Shown here piece by piece: positions 17,287 through 34,863 of a stretch of 64,000 nt of DNA. Every line of letters starts with the position of its first letter. Position 1 is the stretch's first letter. The position numbers and the translations under genes were made by a program. Source of the DNA: the human T2T-CHM13v2.0 reference genome, Homo sapiens; NCBI RefSeq assembly GCF_009914755.1, contig NC_060930.1; one strand, written 5' to 3'. The notes below the pieces were generated by a model. It was not told the DNA's origin, did not search any database, and saw only the letters and a list, made by a program, of their open reading frames with translations.

Positions 17287-18007
17287 AGGTACCCAACTTT
17301 AAAGAAGAAAGTTTGGTCACAATACCATCTCCTTTTTAAGGGATGAATTGTTTAGGTTCATTTGGCGGTTTTCTAATCTTAACGTTCCGTGGCTTAACAT
17401 TCAGCACTGAGAACTGAGGATTTGAATTCTGATTTGAGAACTTGATCTGATGAATGTAATGAAGGCATTTCTTTCTCCACCTCCCTTTCCTGGAGGTGCT
17501 GCGTACCTTTGCCTTTACTGTATCCTCAGATCAGCTTAGTGGGGCTCCTGCCTGTAGCGAGAAACTAATACCCTCTGTCAAATCTCCTGTATGCATATTT
17601 TTAAGCTCCAGATGAACGTTCCTTTTTAAAGAACTTTTACAACAGATTTGTTGTAAGACGTTAAGCTAGAAAGAAGTATTATCCTACACTGCTCTTATAC
17701 TCTTGTGTTTGGGGTTGGTGGCCTGATTTTTCTTTTGAGGATATGTCTCATCGATGTAATTCTAAAACAATTTTAAACCCACAGATTAAGAACATATGTT
17801 TCTTCATGGCACATGTTGAGAAAGACTTCAACTCATTCTGCAGTCTTTACTGAAGAATGTCTTTAAAGCAAAATTGCAACTGGTCAGCTCTATTATCTAC
17901 AAATTTTATCAAGTCTTGACCCAGAGAGTCAGACCAAAGGCTTATCTGACCTTGTATTCTTCCTCTGACAAAGGCCCCAGTTTTTTCAATTGTTGTGTGG
18001 GAAAGGT

Positions 18008-18024
18008 GGGTGGGGTGGGGAGGG
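18008..18024 (+). other. Canonical G-quadruplex motif GGG-T-GGGG-T-GGGG-A-GGG
   Basis: Four G-runs with 1-nt loops. Confidence 0.6.
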
Positions 18025-20788
18025 TGATGAGGCGGAAAGATGTTTTCCTTCCCTTGTGTCAGTCACAGAATGTCAGGAATGTTCCTCAAAGGTAGATCTT
18101 CAGCATGACCTTTGCTAACTCCTTCTTGAATTTATTTATATTTTATCTGCTACCTCTTGGGACATAAGTTTCAAATGCTTATTATCTGCAGTAGTACAGT
18201 ACTTCCTCTTTTTGTCCTAAAATCATTTCTTTCAAGCTTCAAGGAGCACCCTGGGTCTCAGTATTTGGAAGCGATGATTACATCTGTATTTTCTCCATTC
18301 GGTTCAGCTTGATCCCAGAGGCTCTGATGGTATCTGCTCAGCCTTTGTCAAGACTGAGCAGGCTAATTTTAGTTTAGAAAATGGAAATTTTTCAAAGGAA
18401 ACTTCCTCCACTAGACAAATTGTTTTTGACCTGAGGTTTTGATCAGGGTACAGTGGTCCTCATTGTTGAAATGCAGGAACACTTCTTGTTGACCGCTAAC
18501 AAAGGGTTAAACATCACGGGCAGTGTTAGAACAAGTTAAAAACAGAACCTATCCAAAGCATATAACGTGCACTCCAAAATAAGCCAGGCTCGCTCCTTGT
18601 TAATGGGATCATTGCAGACATGCCAAATTCTACAACTAGTCAATTGTATACATATGGTAAAACTTTTCATACCATTCAACATTTGCTGCAATATGATTTT
18701 AATTACATACAGATTGGGTAGCTGGAAGAAAGCACTGGAATTAAATAGAAGAAAGTTCAACACAAGCTCTTTTATAAGCGGCCCTGGTTTAGGTTAGGAT
18801 GTATGCAAATGACTGCCAGGGACAGGAAGAGGAATGTGTGGTTTGGAGGACTCTGGGGATGGGACATGACTCATCTTCAACCTGGGAACACAGTTGTTTA
18901 TCTGGAAGGGAGAGTTTACAGAAACGGTGATTATATTCCTTTTGAAGTTGCAACTTATGCTGATGCTTGCACCTTGTTACTTACATTCTTCCTTCCCAAG
19001 TATAGGGTAGTCTCTGCAGACAAAGTTGCTCTCTGGGCAAAAATTGCATTCAGTTGGAAAAGTGGTGGGGGTTGGATATGAGAGAATGGTACTTCTGAAA
19101 ATGGTACTTCTGAAACTCCCCCCCCTTTATTAGGCTGTGTTTCTTGTTTCTTTGAAGTTAATTTTACATAATGATTTCAAACGTGGTGCTGTTTATTTTA
19201 TGCAAGAAAAGAGCTGGGAAGCACATTTTGTTTCAGATTCTGAAATGGCGATGGCCGTTGTGGGAGCGTGGATGGGCCTTTGCCTTTTACAGAGGGGGAA
19301 ACCGCCACTCTGGAATGTGCTTTCCTCAAACTTTCATGGCATATCTTTGGTTTTTCTCATAACTTACTGGAATGGCTTTTACTGACTAAATATCTTTTTG
19401 GTGAGCCGCTCTGCATCTCAGCTTTCTCTTTTGTGAAATGAAGATAACATCCCCCAGCGCTTACTTCATGAGGTTTTTGTCTGAAGAAGTTTGAAGACTT
19501 CAAGACACAAAACCTGACTGAACTGCAGAGCCTGCGAGCATCTCCCAGGGAAAAGATGGAGTTAGTGTAAGAAGGATGTGGAACGAGCCCTGCTTTCTAG
19601 AACCAGTCCTGTCATCACAGCAGGCCATCTCCAGGATGGGGATGGGGGTGCCGGGAAGCTTAGTGTAGGGGCCAGCAGAGGCTCCAGGGAGAAGGGGACT
19701 GGGCCTCCTGGGAGCCCCAGTCACAGAGTGGGTGAGCCAGTGGATCCCAGGTGTGGGGGAAGACAACAGACCCACCCCAACATCATCTTTGGCCAGGAAA
19801 CTTCATTAGCAGTTTCCACCTGCTCTGCAGCCTCTTGGCTCACCTGGATGTGGCCATAGCAGTGACAAGCATCTGTATCCATGCTCATCCACCTCTCCCG
19901 GTGAATATTCATGTACAGAAATGAATCTGCAGACATACACACTCTAGTCTACTTCTCTGTCGTTTGGGCTTTAGCTAAGTCATTTTTTCTTGAGAAAGTC
20001 ACCAGTTTTAGCCTAGAGGGAGTTGTGGACTTATGATCTATTTGATTAAATAATTAAGTTATTTATTTACATTTCTCCCTAATAAATATCTGTAGGTTGG
20101 AATATCTTACTTTGAGGGAGATGGCAGGACTAACTAGCTAAAATGTAGCCTCTAGTTATGAATTTCTTGAGGGCAGTTTCCACATCTTACCCTCTTTTGC
20201 TGGGTAAGTAAAGACTAGATGAATAACTCTAAAGTTAATTTCACTTTGTCGAAATGGATTTTTTAATGGATTGCTTAATGTGTTCAGATATATACAATAA
20301 TGACATCTACCAGTCATACAAGTAAGTTTCTCCCTGTTTCAAAAGAAAGGAAGGATGGAAGGATAAAAGGAAGAGAAGGAGGAAAGTCATTTGTACTTCA
20401 TTTCAAATAGGAATTCCTCATTTCTTCTTTGGTATTTACACCAGTGGCCTTAACATATTGATCCCAAGCAAAATTAAATACTTCTAGAAGCCACTTTTAC
20501 GGAGCCCCAGTACTCAGTTATCAAGTCCTAAAGAAGCAGGAGATACTGAATTTAGCTGCAGGGGATCTTTTGCTGTGCAAGGCACCCCAAAGAAGTCACG
20601 TTATACATAGAGTGCCACCGTCCTGTGCCCACTTTGCCATCTGCCACCTCCCTTGTTGAGATCACAGTTTTCTGGGGTCTGGGCTAAACTCAGCCACACA
20701 GAGACCATCTTCCCTCACATTGGGAAAGGGGACAGGTGCATGGGGGTGAGACGGGCTTGATCAGCACGAAGAGGCTGGCTGCTTTATA

Positions 20789-20943
20789 TGCGGTGTGACT
20801 CAGGCCTCTTGCTCCAGGGTCTGACTTCCCTCTTGCTGACCTTTACCACTTTGCCATTGGGTTCCTAACCCACTCACGTGCGAAGAGAACGCCAGACAGT
20901 AACATAGGGAAGGGCATTCTAAGCACTGGAGAGGAAGTAAACA
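20789..20943. promoter_or_regulatory. Candidate enhancer (RUNX, AP-1, NBRE, E-box, ETS/FOX motifs)
   Basis: TGCGGT 20789, TGACTCA 20796, TGACCTTT 20837, CACGTG 20875, GAGGAAGT 20931 overlapping GTAAACA 20937. Confidence 0.4.
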
Positions 20944-21489
20944 TGTGCGGGTGTCTAAGAACATGGCAAATTTTTGGATAACAGAAAGTTTACCATTGTT
21001 GGAATGTAGGAAAAAGGGATGAGTGGGAATTTACTGGATATAAGGCTGGTGCGCCAGATCGGGACCAACTTGCACTCACCATGGTCAATTATCATGATAT
21101 ATTTATGTGTCTGTATCTCCCACTTGTTTGCACCCTGATATCTAGGAATGGGTCTTACTGACTTTTTCCAGTAATTCCTCAATTCCATGGTGTTTTTACA
21201 AGGGCCCGGTAGATTTTTCTTGAATGGATGACTGAGTGGATATCGATTAGTATTGGAAGTCAAGTTAGCTCAGACTGACAAGCTGAGCGGACTATAAATG
21301 GGTTATATACCATGGTGATTTGTTTGGACTTTATCTCCTAGGCAATACATATTCATTAAAGTTTCTAAAACAGAGGAGTGACCTAAACCTATCGGTGTTT
21401 TAGGAAGTAATTCTGGCTATAATGTGACAGATTGGTTTGTGAGAGACTAGAAGTTGTAACAACGGTTAAGAAACTAATATAATGGCTCA

Positions 21490-22233
<744 letters not shown>

Positions 22234-22764
22234 GATCATTGATGCCTCAAGTGAAATTAAGTATGATTTTCAAGTATATTTATATTCAAAGAGGAAAAGG
22301 AAAAGAGATCTTAGCAATTGGACACTAAACATAACTGATTGATGTTCATTTAGAATAATGACACTTAGTAAATAAGCATTGGGTGACCAATAAGATTTAC
22401 ATGGACATGCAAAAGAACTGATCTTTATAGGAAACAGAATATGCATATTGCTTTTATAATATACATGCTTTATAAATACATGAGTGAAAAGTATATGCTG
22501 GTGTAATAAGTATTATCAGGGCTGCTGCATGTGGTCTCACAGGTTGTGCACTGCACAACTCTAGGGCACAGCATTAATAATAGCAATAGGTCACCTACAC
22601 CCCATATGTCCCTTTTATCCTTCAGCTGAACAAGTTCATGGACTGCTGCTTTGAGTAATAAAGATGTTTAGGATGGGAATTTGATAACCTTGTGAGGATT
22701 AATCATCTGATAGAAGCTTCTATGGTCAGGTCATTAGTGTTAGGTGTGTGTTGATTAGGAGTAG

Positions 22765-23106
<342 letters not shown>

Positions 23107-23110
23107 TAAA

Positions 23111-23383
23111 GGACGGACTCTCGCTCTGTTGCCCAGGTTGGAGTAAAGTGGTGCGATCCTAGCTCACTGCAACCTCTGCCTTCTGGGTTCAAGTGATTCT
23201 GGTGTCTCAACCTCCTGAATACATGGGACTACAGGCATGCGCCATGGCGCCTGGCTAATTTTTTAGTAGAAATGGGGTTTCGCCATGTTGACCAGGCTGG
23301 TCTTGAACTCCTGACCTCAGGTGATGTGCCTGCCTTGGCCTCAAAGTGCTGGGATTACAGGCGTGAGCCACTGCACCTGGCCT
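23111..23383 (-). mobile_element. AluS, tandem
   Basis: Full dimer. Confidence 0.9.
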
Positions 23384-24125
23384 CTTCTACCCCCTTCTGA
23401 TGACAGTGGCCGAATCAAGCGTTTTTGTTGGTGGTGATGTTTTAAGGCTTCCTAGTGTGTAGCGTGCCCCACGCAATGATGCTCGGTGTTTCTGTGTCTT
23501 GTTCAAAGTGAGTAATGCAGAATGACACGTGGACTCAGCCATTAGAAGGAATGGATTCACAGAAGTGGATGAAGAAAATAGGATCCCTGATATTCTTTCA
23601 CAACAATCATATGTTGCTTTAAAATTTTTGTGGATTTTGCTCACATGCTTCAAGGGGAACAGCTCCAAAATGTGACAGCCCAGAATTTAGGTTTGGCTGG
23701 CTCCTGGCTATGGCCCGCTGTGACTGGGGTTTCTGAACCATCACAGCAGTTCTCAGCGGCCCGAGACTCAGCCGGGAGGATGCAGAAGGCTCTGTGTCAG
23801 AGCACAGCGCCCTCCTGGATGTTACTCTGCTGAGACCTAGTGGAAAGGAATGAAGCCTTGTTGATTTCAGAGCAGCCCAGACAAACTGCATTGTAGACAA
23901 TCTCCAGGTTCTCAGCCCCTTGAGATCCAGTTGCCAAACTGTGGTCTGGAATGGGGCCTGGGCACAGCGCAGGTAGTGTACAAAGATCTGTTTTTCTCCC
24001 CACACATTCGTCTAGTGGAAACATGTCAGGCCTCCTCCTCCAAGGCTGTGCATTTATTTTAAAGAATGTTAGAGAGGAAATATATTGCTTACCATCTTCC
24101 TCCCTCTTTGGGAGTGTTTATTGTG

Positions 24126-24312
24126 ATTGGAAATCATTCTAGTCCACGTGGCTGTGGTGTTCCCCCACTCTCTGTGCTCTATGTTAAACGGGCCTCTGTG
24201 CAAATAAACAGAAAAGGGCAACGTTTTTTATTCAGCTACAGAAGAAGGAGTGAAGTTAGACTCTGGAGAGCTGGAATCGCATAACCCTGGCTTGTGTGCT
24301 CGGCGGCGCGCT
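24126..24312. promoter_or_regulatory. Candidate regulatory element (CCAAT, E-box, RUNX, FOX, small CpG patch)
   Basis: ATTGG 24126, CCACGTGG 24144, TGTGGT 24153, GCAAATAAACA 24200, CTCGGCGGCGCGCT 24299. Confidence 0.35.
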
Positions 24313-24509
24313 TTCTTTTCTTGCCGCTGGAGTGAAGCCAGAAGGTACAGTAGGGTCCTTAGCCAGTGATGGCCCAGAGCCCAGACTCAGGTATTCTGCA
24401 GTGAATGGCACTGCTGGCTCTGCCTCGCCGTTTGGTAGAATTTACCTGGGGTTTATCTTGACTACTCCTGCTGGGAAAGGACATTTTGAGTTGCTCTGAA
24501 CTTCATTAA

Positions 24510-25208
<699 letters not shown>

Positions 25209-25279
25209 AGCTTATGACTTTGTAAGAAAGAGCAAACCAACAACCCAAACTGTGAGCAAGCTTAGAATAAAAAGCGAGG

Positions 25280-25405
25280 GCTCTAGTGGCAGGAGGGTCT
25301 GATTTTCTGCTCTGGTTCTGCTACTGTGTGACCCTGGGCAAGTCATTTAGCTTCTCTGCTCCTCTTACTTCATCCATCAGATGAAGACAATAGGACTTAC
25401 TTAGT
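25280..25405. mobile_element. MIR
   Basis: CTACTGTGTGACCCTGGGCAAGTCATTTAGCTTCTCTG. Confidence 0.7.
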
Positions 25406-25574
25406 AACCAGAGTCCACCCACACTTCTGTTACAAAGAACAATTGTGATTAAACTCTCTGCCTTATTATGAATGTTGATCCTTGAACATGTTAGTTAAAC
25501 CTGAGTCCTTGGTTTGGAATTAAGATGTGTACAAAACCACATAATCAGGAAACATTGAATACACTTTCATTTAC

Positions 25575-25713
25575 TTTTAATTTATTTATTTTAATTTTTT
25601 TTGTAAAAATAATAGAGATGGGGTCTTGCTATGTTGCCCAGGCTGGTCTCAAACTCCTGGACTCAAGCAATCCTCTCACCTTGGCCTCCCAAAGTGCTAG
25701 GGTTACAGGTGTG
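25575..25713 (-). mobile_element. FLAM / Alu left monomer
   Basis: AGAGATGGGGTCTTGCTATGTTGCCCAGGCTGGTCTCAAACTCCTGG. Confidence 0.85.
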
Positions 25714-25859
25714 TTACTTTTAGTATTTTACTTGAAAATAATGTATTAGCATTGACAATAATGAAAATGGTGAATACTTACAGGATACCTTTTGGTTCAT
25801 GAAGCAGTTTCTCATGAACTATTACCTTTGTTTCTAAATGAGATAAAAAATCATGCCCT

Positions 25860-26385
<526 letters not shown>

Positions 26386-27026
26386 TAATTATTCTATTTC
26401 AACATACACTAGTGTTTTCTCCTTGGCTGTAACCTACAGTGAAGGAGAACTTGTTAAAGACCCTGTTATTTTTACAGTCTGACACACATGATGGGTGAAG
26501 AAACAGAAAACATAAATATCTGGTTGTTATTTTTCTATGTTTCTGGGGCTGATTATTTTGTATAACATCCAGTTCTTGTCATCATCATCATAATCCTGTA
26601 TGGGGAAAATATGGATGAAATCATAGATAAGATAATTTTTCTTGATGTCATTTCATATTACTGCTTGTTAACAGATAAATATTCAATAATCAAGGTACCA
26701 AAATATGACTGCCCCGATATGGCTGCGTCATTGCATACTGCACGTCAGAGAGCCTTACAGTACGAATGAGTGACACAGGTTACTCTGTGGGTGGACCTTT
26801 TTTCTCCTGCCTGGAATCCGTACTCAGAAAGCTGAGAAAATGTGTCCATGTGACAATCTAGTGGATTGCCCTGAATCCTCAGCTTACCAACATGGTACCC
26901 AGAAGATGTCTGAAGGAAGTTTTATTAAAGTAACAGAAAATTTCATAACTATATCCTCTAAGGGAGATCACAATAACCTGCCATCCCAAAGGAGGCTCCG
27001 TTCTGGGGATTAAGACAGTTTGAAGG

Positions 27027-27356
<330 letters not shown>

Positions 27357-27825
27357 TTAACCTCCTGGCCTTCCGGACTCTGATGCTCTCCTGTACTCTT
27401 TTGGCAGTGGGATGGTAGGAAGTTCCTTCCAGACCTAGCCAGTTTTGTAGACTTCCATCAGCTCCCACAGTTCTAGCAATTAGAGCTAGAATTGGGGGCC
27501 CATCTTGTTGAGTCTGGGGCTCTCATGCAAACGCAGAACTGGTGTCATGGTGCCTCCTCATGGCCTGATAGGTGCCCACCCCCTGTCCCAGGCTACAAGA
27601 GAAAGGAGCCCTGACTCTGTTTTCCTCTCTCATCCCTAGAACTGCCTAACAGTCCTTCTCCAGCTCTTCCTATCTCTGGGTATTCGATTTGGGCATCTCA
27701 CCTTTAAAAGCCTTCTCTTGGTGACAAACCAAAATTGTACCAGTTCACTCCAGCTAGATGCTAGTTAGTCCCTAGGCAGACACTCATTCCTCTTGGCCCT
27801 CACCATTTTGTATGAGTCTCTAACT

Positions 27826-28222
27826 CAAGAGCTTTCACACTTTTTTCCACCATGGCCTACAAAAGGAAATATAGTTTACATCGCAAACCAGTACACACAG
27901 AGGTTTATGTGGTTGATATAGATACATAGACATATGCCCTTGTGAGCTTCCTTACCTTTACTACATGCACACTATTTTCTAGCCTATGCTATTCTGTTCT
28001 GCTTTGTTTGTTCATTTATATATTTTTAATGCTAATCAGTCCAGGCATGGTGGCTCACACCTGTAATCCCAGCAATTTGGGAGGCCAAGGTGGGAGAATC
28101 ACCTGAGGTCAGGAGTTTGAGACCAGCCTGGCCAACATGGTGAAACCCTGTTTCTACTAAAGACACAAAAATTAGCTGGGCGTGATGTGGCCTGGCTGAG
28201 AGAGCAAGACTCTGTCTCAAAA

Positions 28223-28255
<33 letters not shown>

Positions 28256-28350
28256 GTATATATATATACACACACACACATGTATTTTTAATGGTAATCA
28301 AGACCCACTAAATGAATCTCAAGACCTTTTAATACGTTGAAAGCTGCACT
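27826..28350. mobile_element. hAT-Charlie-type DNA transposon relic (Charlie4a-like), split by an Alu
   Basis: GGAAATATAGTTTACATCGCAAACCAGTACACAC ... GACCCACTAAATGAATCTCAAGACC; recognised from memory only. Confidence 0.45.
28039..28281 (+). mobile_element. AluS with most of the right arm deleted; tail ends in (TA)n(CA)n
   Basis: CGTGATGTGG joined directly to CCTGGCTGAGAGAGCAAGACTC. Confidence 0.88.
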
Positions 28351-29085
28351 TTGAACAACGTAGTTCTAGTTCTGTTTCAGGATCTAGAAGAATTTGCTCA
28401 AAAAAAAGAAAAGAAAACTGAGTTTGGATTAAAATGTCTGAATCTCCTTCTCTCCTCCCTGCTAGACTGTGAGCTCGCTGAGGGCAGACAGTGTATCTAT
28501 TTCTCCTTTATATACTCAGCACCTACCTTGGTGTCTGGCACGTAGGAGATGCACAGATAAATATTAACTGAACCAAAGAACTCAGCCTCTCTGGGTCTTC
28601 GTGCCCCCATTTGTAAAGTGGAGAAGTGGCCATGTGCACTCGGGGGGCAGTTGTGAGAATAATGAGATCATGCACCTACAGCAGCAGGCACAGAGCCCAG
28701 CACTAATAGCTGCTCGATGAATCTACATTTCTTTCTGGATTTCTACACCTAGCTCTTTCTTGGATTGACTGCTTGACTCCACTGCAGTTTTTTTTTTAAG
28801 TGTAATGAGAGGTTTGAACTCTATTAGCCTCAGATCCCAACCCACTTAGGTGCGCTAAGGTTTTCCAGGATGCTATGGAGCCTGGAGGCAAATTGCCCTT
28901 CAAGGACAGCAATTTCTTCTTGAAACTCAGCACACACAGGTCAGGCTCTGGCCAAAAATGTGAGAGGTCATGGGGCAGAGTCCTTTCATTTCTCCATGAA
29001 AAAGTGTGACTTGAGCTGATTATTAGCATTTTATTGCAAAAATGTAAATTACTTCCACATCTAGAAAGATTATAAAATAAGTTTA

Positions 29086-29481
<396 letters not shown>

Positions 29482-30207
29482 CTAAGTTAAGTCTGATGTA
29501 GCAGACAGAGCCCTGGCTGATGAACTTCTGACTTGGTCATTAACTGGCTGCTAGATTGTGGGTGGGACAGCCTCCCTGGATCTCATTTCTTCATCTTTGA
29601 GGAGGAGTATCCCATTCATCTCCAAAGTTCTGTGACCCCAAATATGAACCTTAGAGTCCTTTGTTTTACATTCACTGTAAGGTATTAACCAATGAGGAGA
29701 TAATATTTCAATGAACACATCTCAATTGCAGAGTCTAATCAAATGCAATGCCTACAACATTTTCTCTCTAATCATTTCTTGCTCCTATCATGTAGAAAGA
29801 TTAAATGATGCTTCAGCCAGCCTTAGAGCCAGTGAAGAGTCAGGTTAGCTGTTACTTGTGTAAATAAAATCTCAAAAACCAAGGTTTTGCGTGAAGTATC
29901 ATAGTAGTTCACTCTGAATTGCACCTCGTCTTGTCCATGTAATGGGAGCTTTTCATTTAATGTTTTGTCGATTGATCGCTTACCTGTGGGTAATTTAACG
30001 AGCCTATTTGTTGTTTTCTTCTAGGACAGAATGACTTGGAAGATAACGGAGCTTCGAAGCTTCTAGCAGAATATGAAGTCTTTCGTCTTCAGCTACCTGG
30101 GTTAAGTTTAAGCAGGTTAGTGGTGAATTCCATTTGTACCCATGTCTTTGGAAGTTCCTAATGAGCAGGCTATCCTGAGGTTAGCAGGGAGATCGGGAAC
30201 ATCTCAC

Positions 30208-30373
30208 CTGCATCGGACTCCTCTAGCTACCTTGGCCTTAAAGCCGAGGTTTTCTCAGATGTGAGAAGTGAGATGCTTGGTGTGGTGAGGTTCACAGTGC
30301 AGCTCTCCACCACCAGCTTCACGATGTGGAAGCTGCTCATCTGCTCCTTCTCGGCATTGCCCCTGCAGAGATT
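30208..30373 (-). other. Candidate 166-nt internal exon of a non-coding transcript
   Basis: Acceptor TCTAATTTTCTTTTCCACAG|A and donor CAG|GTGAGA; stops in all three frames. Confidence 0.35.
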
Positions 30374-30407
30374 CTGTGGAAAAGAAAATTAGATAATAAA
30401 TGGTTTA

Positions 30408-30963
<556 letters not shown>

Positions 30964-31824
30964 TTAGGTTTCCTTTCCCTTCTCCAGTTTCACCATCTTC
31001 CACCTAAAATAAAACTCATGTCCAACCATGTCACTCCCCTGGGAATACTCTGAATGGGTCTCCGTCTCCCTCGGGGAAAAAATTTGGTGTCCTAGCCCAG
31101 GCTCCAGCCCCACAGTCCCCTCAGCCCCATTGCTTGATGCCCCTTCGTCTTCCTTGAACTCATCCTCTATTGGGTCCCTCTATGTCTTCGCTCTTGCTGT
31201 CCTTTCTGTCTGGCACAACCACCAGCCCCTCCAGCCCCGGTCTACCATGCAGGACCCAGATCATGTGTCAGCCCCTCCAGGCAGCCTTTCTGGGACTCAT
31301 TGCCCCGGGCTGCACGCCTCCCCGTACCCAGAGTGCCTGAACACACCTGGTCCCCACACTCACCATGGCGACATGACATTTTTGCTTTCTCCTCCCTTTC
31401 GCTGCACTGGGCACCCTTCTAGGTCAGGGACTTCCTCATCCTTGGCGCAGGGTTCAAACCCTGGCTCTACAACTTACTGACTGTCAGCTCTTAGACTCTG
31501 TCTCCTCCTAGCTTGCTTTCCTCATCTATAACATGGAGGTAAGGAAAATACCTCTCATGTGAGGTTCCATGCCTGTTGAGTGATGTGTATGGAGCCCGAG
31601 GGCCAGTGCTAGGAAAAGGCTATGTAACTATTGCCTCATTAGTGCTCATCATACCGAAGATTAAGTTGAATGAAACTGCATTTTGTCCTTGAAGATCAGA
31701 GCCATGCAAATTGCAACAATGATTGTTCTCATGGACATCTTCTCGAACTTTTAGACAGTTTTGCTGAAGGAAGTTGAATGCAACTGTACTATTTTCTGAC
31801 ATCTTAAGGGTTTCTATGCTTACT

Positions 31825-32172
31825 TTTTTTAATTTAAAATATTTTAAATTTAAATGGGTACATAGTAGGTGTATACATTTACAAGGCACATGAGATATTT
31901 TGGTAGAGGCATACAATAATGATTACATCAGGGTAAACGGAGTATCACCTCAAGCATTCATCATTTCTTTGTGTTACAAATATTCCAATTGTACTCCTCA
32001 GTTATTCTAAAATGTACAAGTTGTTGCTGACTGTAGTCAGCCTATTGTGCTATCAAATACTAGATCTTATTCATTGTATCTAACTCTATTTTTGTACCCA
32101 TTAACCATCCCCAAATCCTTCCACCCTCCCCTTCCCCACTCCCAGCCTCTGGTAAGCAACATTCTACTCTCT
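31825..32172 (-). mobile_element. L1MA-class 3' end
   Basis: GGGTACATAGTAGGTGTATACATTT...TCACCTCAAGCATTCATCATTTCTTTGTGTTACAAA...GTGCTATCAAATACTAGATCTTATTC. Confidence 0.85.
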
Positions 32173-32267
32173 CTTTTTTGTTTTTGTTTTTCTTTTGATT
32201 TATTTTTCTTTCTTTTCTTTTTCTTTTTTTTTTTTTTTTATTGGAGAGTTCCATCCATTTACACTGA

Positions 32268-32635
<368 letters not shown>

Positions 32636-32875
32636 CTGTCTCTCTTTTTTTTTTTTTTTTTTTTTTTTTGAAAGTGTTTTTCTCTGGAAGCATATGTTAA
32701 TTTCTTGTTTTGCCTACCTATTGTAGGTTTTTTGATTTGAGGTTACCCTGAGGATTGCAAATAACATCTTATAACCCATTATTTTAGACTGATGACAACT
32801 TAACTCTGATCACAAAAACAAGCAAGCAAAGAGAAAAGTAATAAAAACTCTACACTTTACTTCCCCAACTTTTAA

Positions 32876-33229
<354 letters not shown>

Positions 33230-33533
33230 TAAAAAGTTGTTGTAGTTGTTATTTTTGATAGGTTCATATTTTAGTCTTCCTTTTCAAGATATGAGTAGTT
33301 TACATACCACAATTACGTTATAATTATGTTATAATATTCTGTATTTTTCTGTGTACTCACTGTTACCAGTGAGTTTTATGCCTTCAGATGATTTCTTACT
33401 GCTTATTAACACCCGCTTTAGATTGAAGAACTCACCTTAGCATGTTTTGCAGGACAGATGTGGCGTTGACGAAATCTCTCTGCTTTTGTTTGGCAATGTC
33501 TTTATTTCTCCTTCACGTTTGAAAGATTGTTTT

Positions 33534-33845
<312 letters not shown>

Positions 33846-34179
33846 TCACTGGATATAATATGCTAGGATAAAAGTTTTCTCCTTCAATACTTTAAATGTG
33901 TCATGCCACTCTCTCCTGGCTCGTAAGGTTTCCACCAAGAAAACTGCTGCCAGACATGTTAGAGCTCCCTTAGAGTTCTTTTTTGTTTTGTTTTTTTGTT
34001 TGTTTTTGCTGTTTTTAGGAACTTTGTTTTATCTTTGACCTTTAGGAGTTTGATTATTAAGTGTCTTGAGGTCATCTTTTTTGGGTTAAATCTTCTTGGT
34101 GTTCTGTAATCTGGTACTTGAATATTGATATTTTTCTCCATGTTTGGAAAGTTCTCTGTTATTATCTCTTTGAATAAAC

Positions 34180-34863
<684 letters not shown>

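Noticed and set aside
30025-30115. Plus-strand candidate exon (strong acceptor at 30024) reading QNDLEDNGASKLL, reminiscent of a ribonuclease-inhibitor/NLRP-type LRR
   Set aside because: It is only 91 nt, the similarity does not extend, and there are no neighbouring 171-nt LRR exons; likely chance
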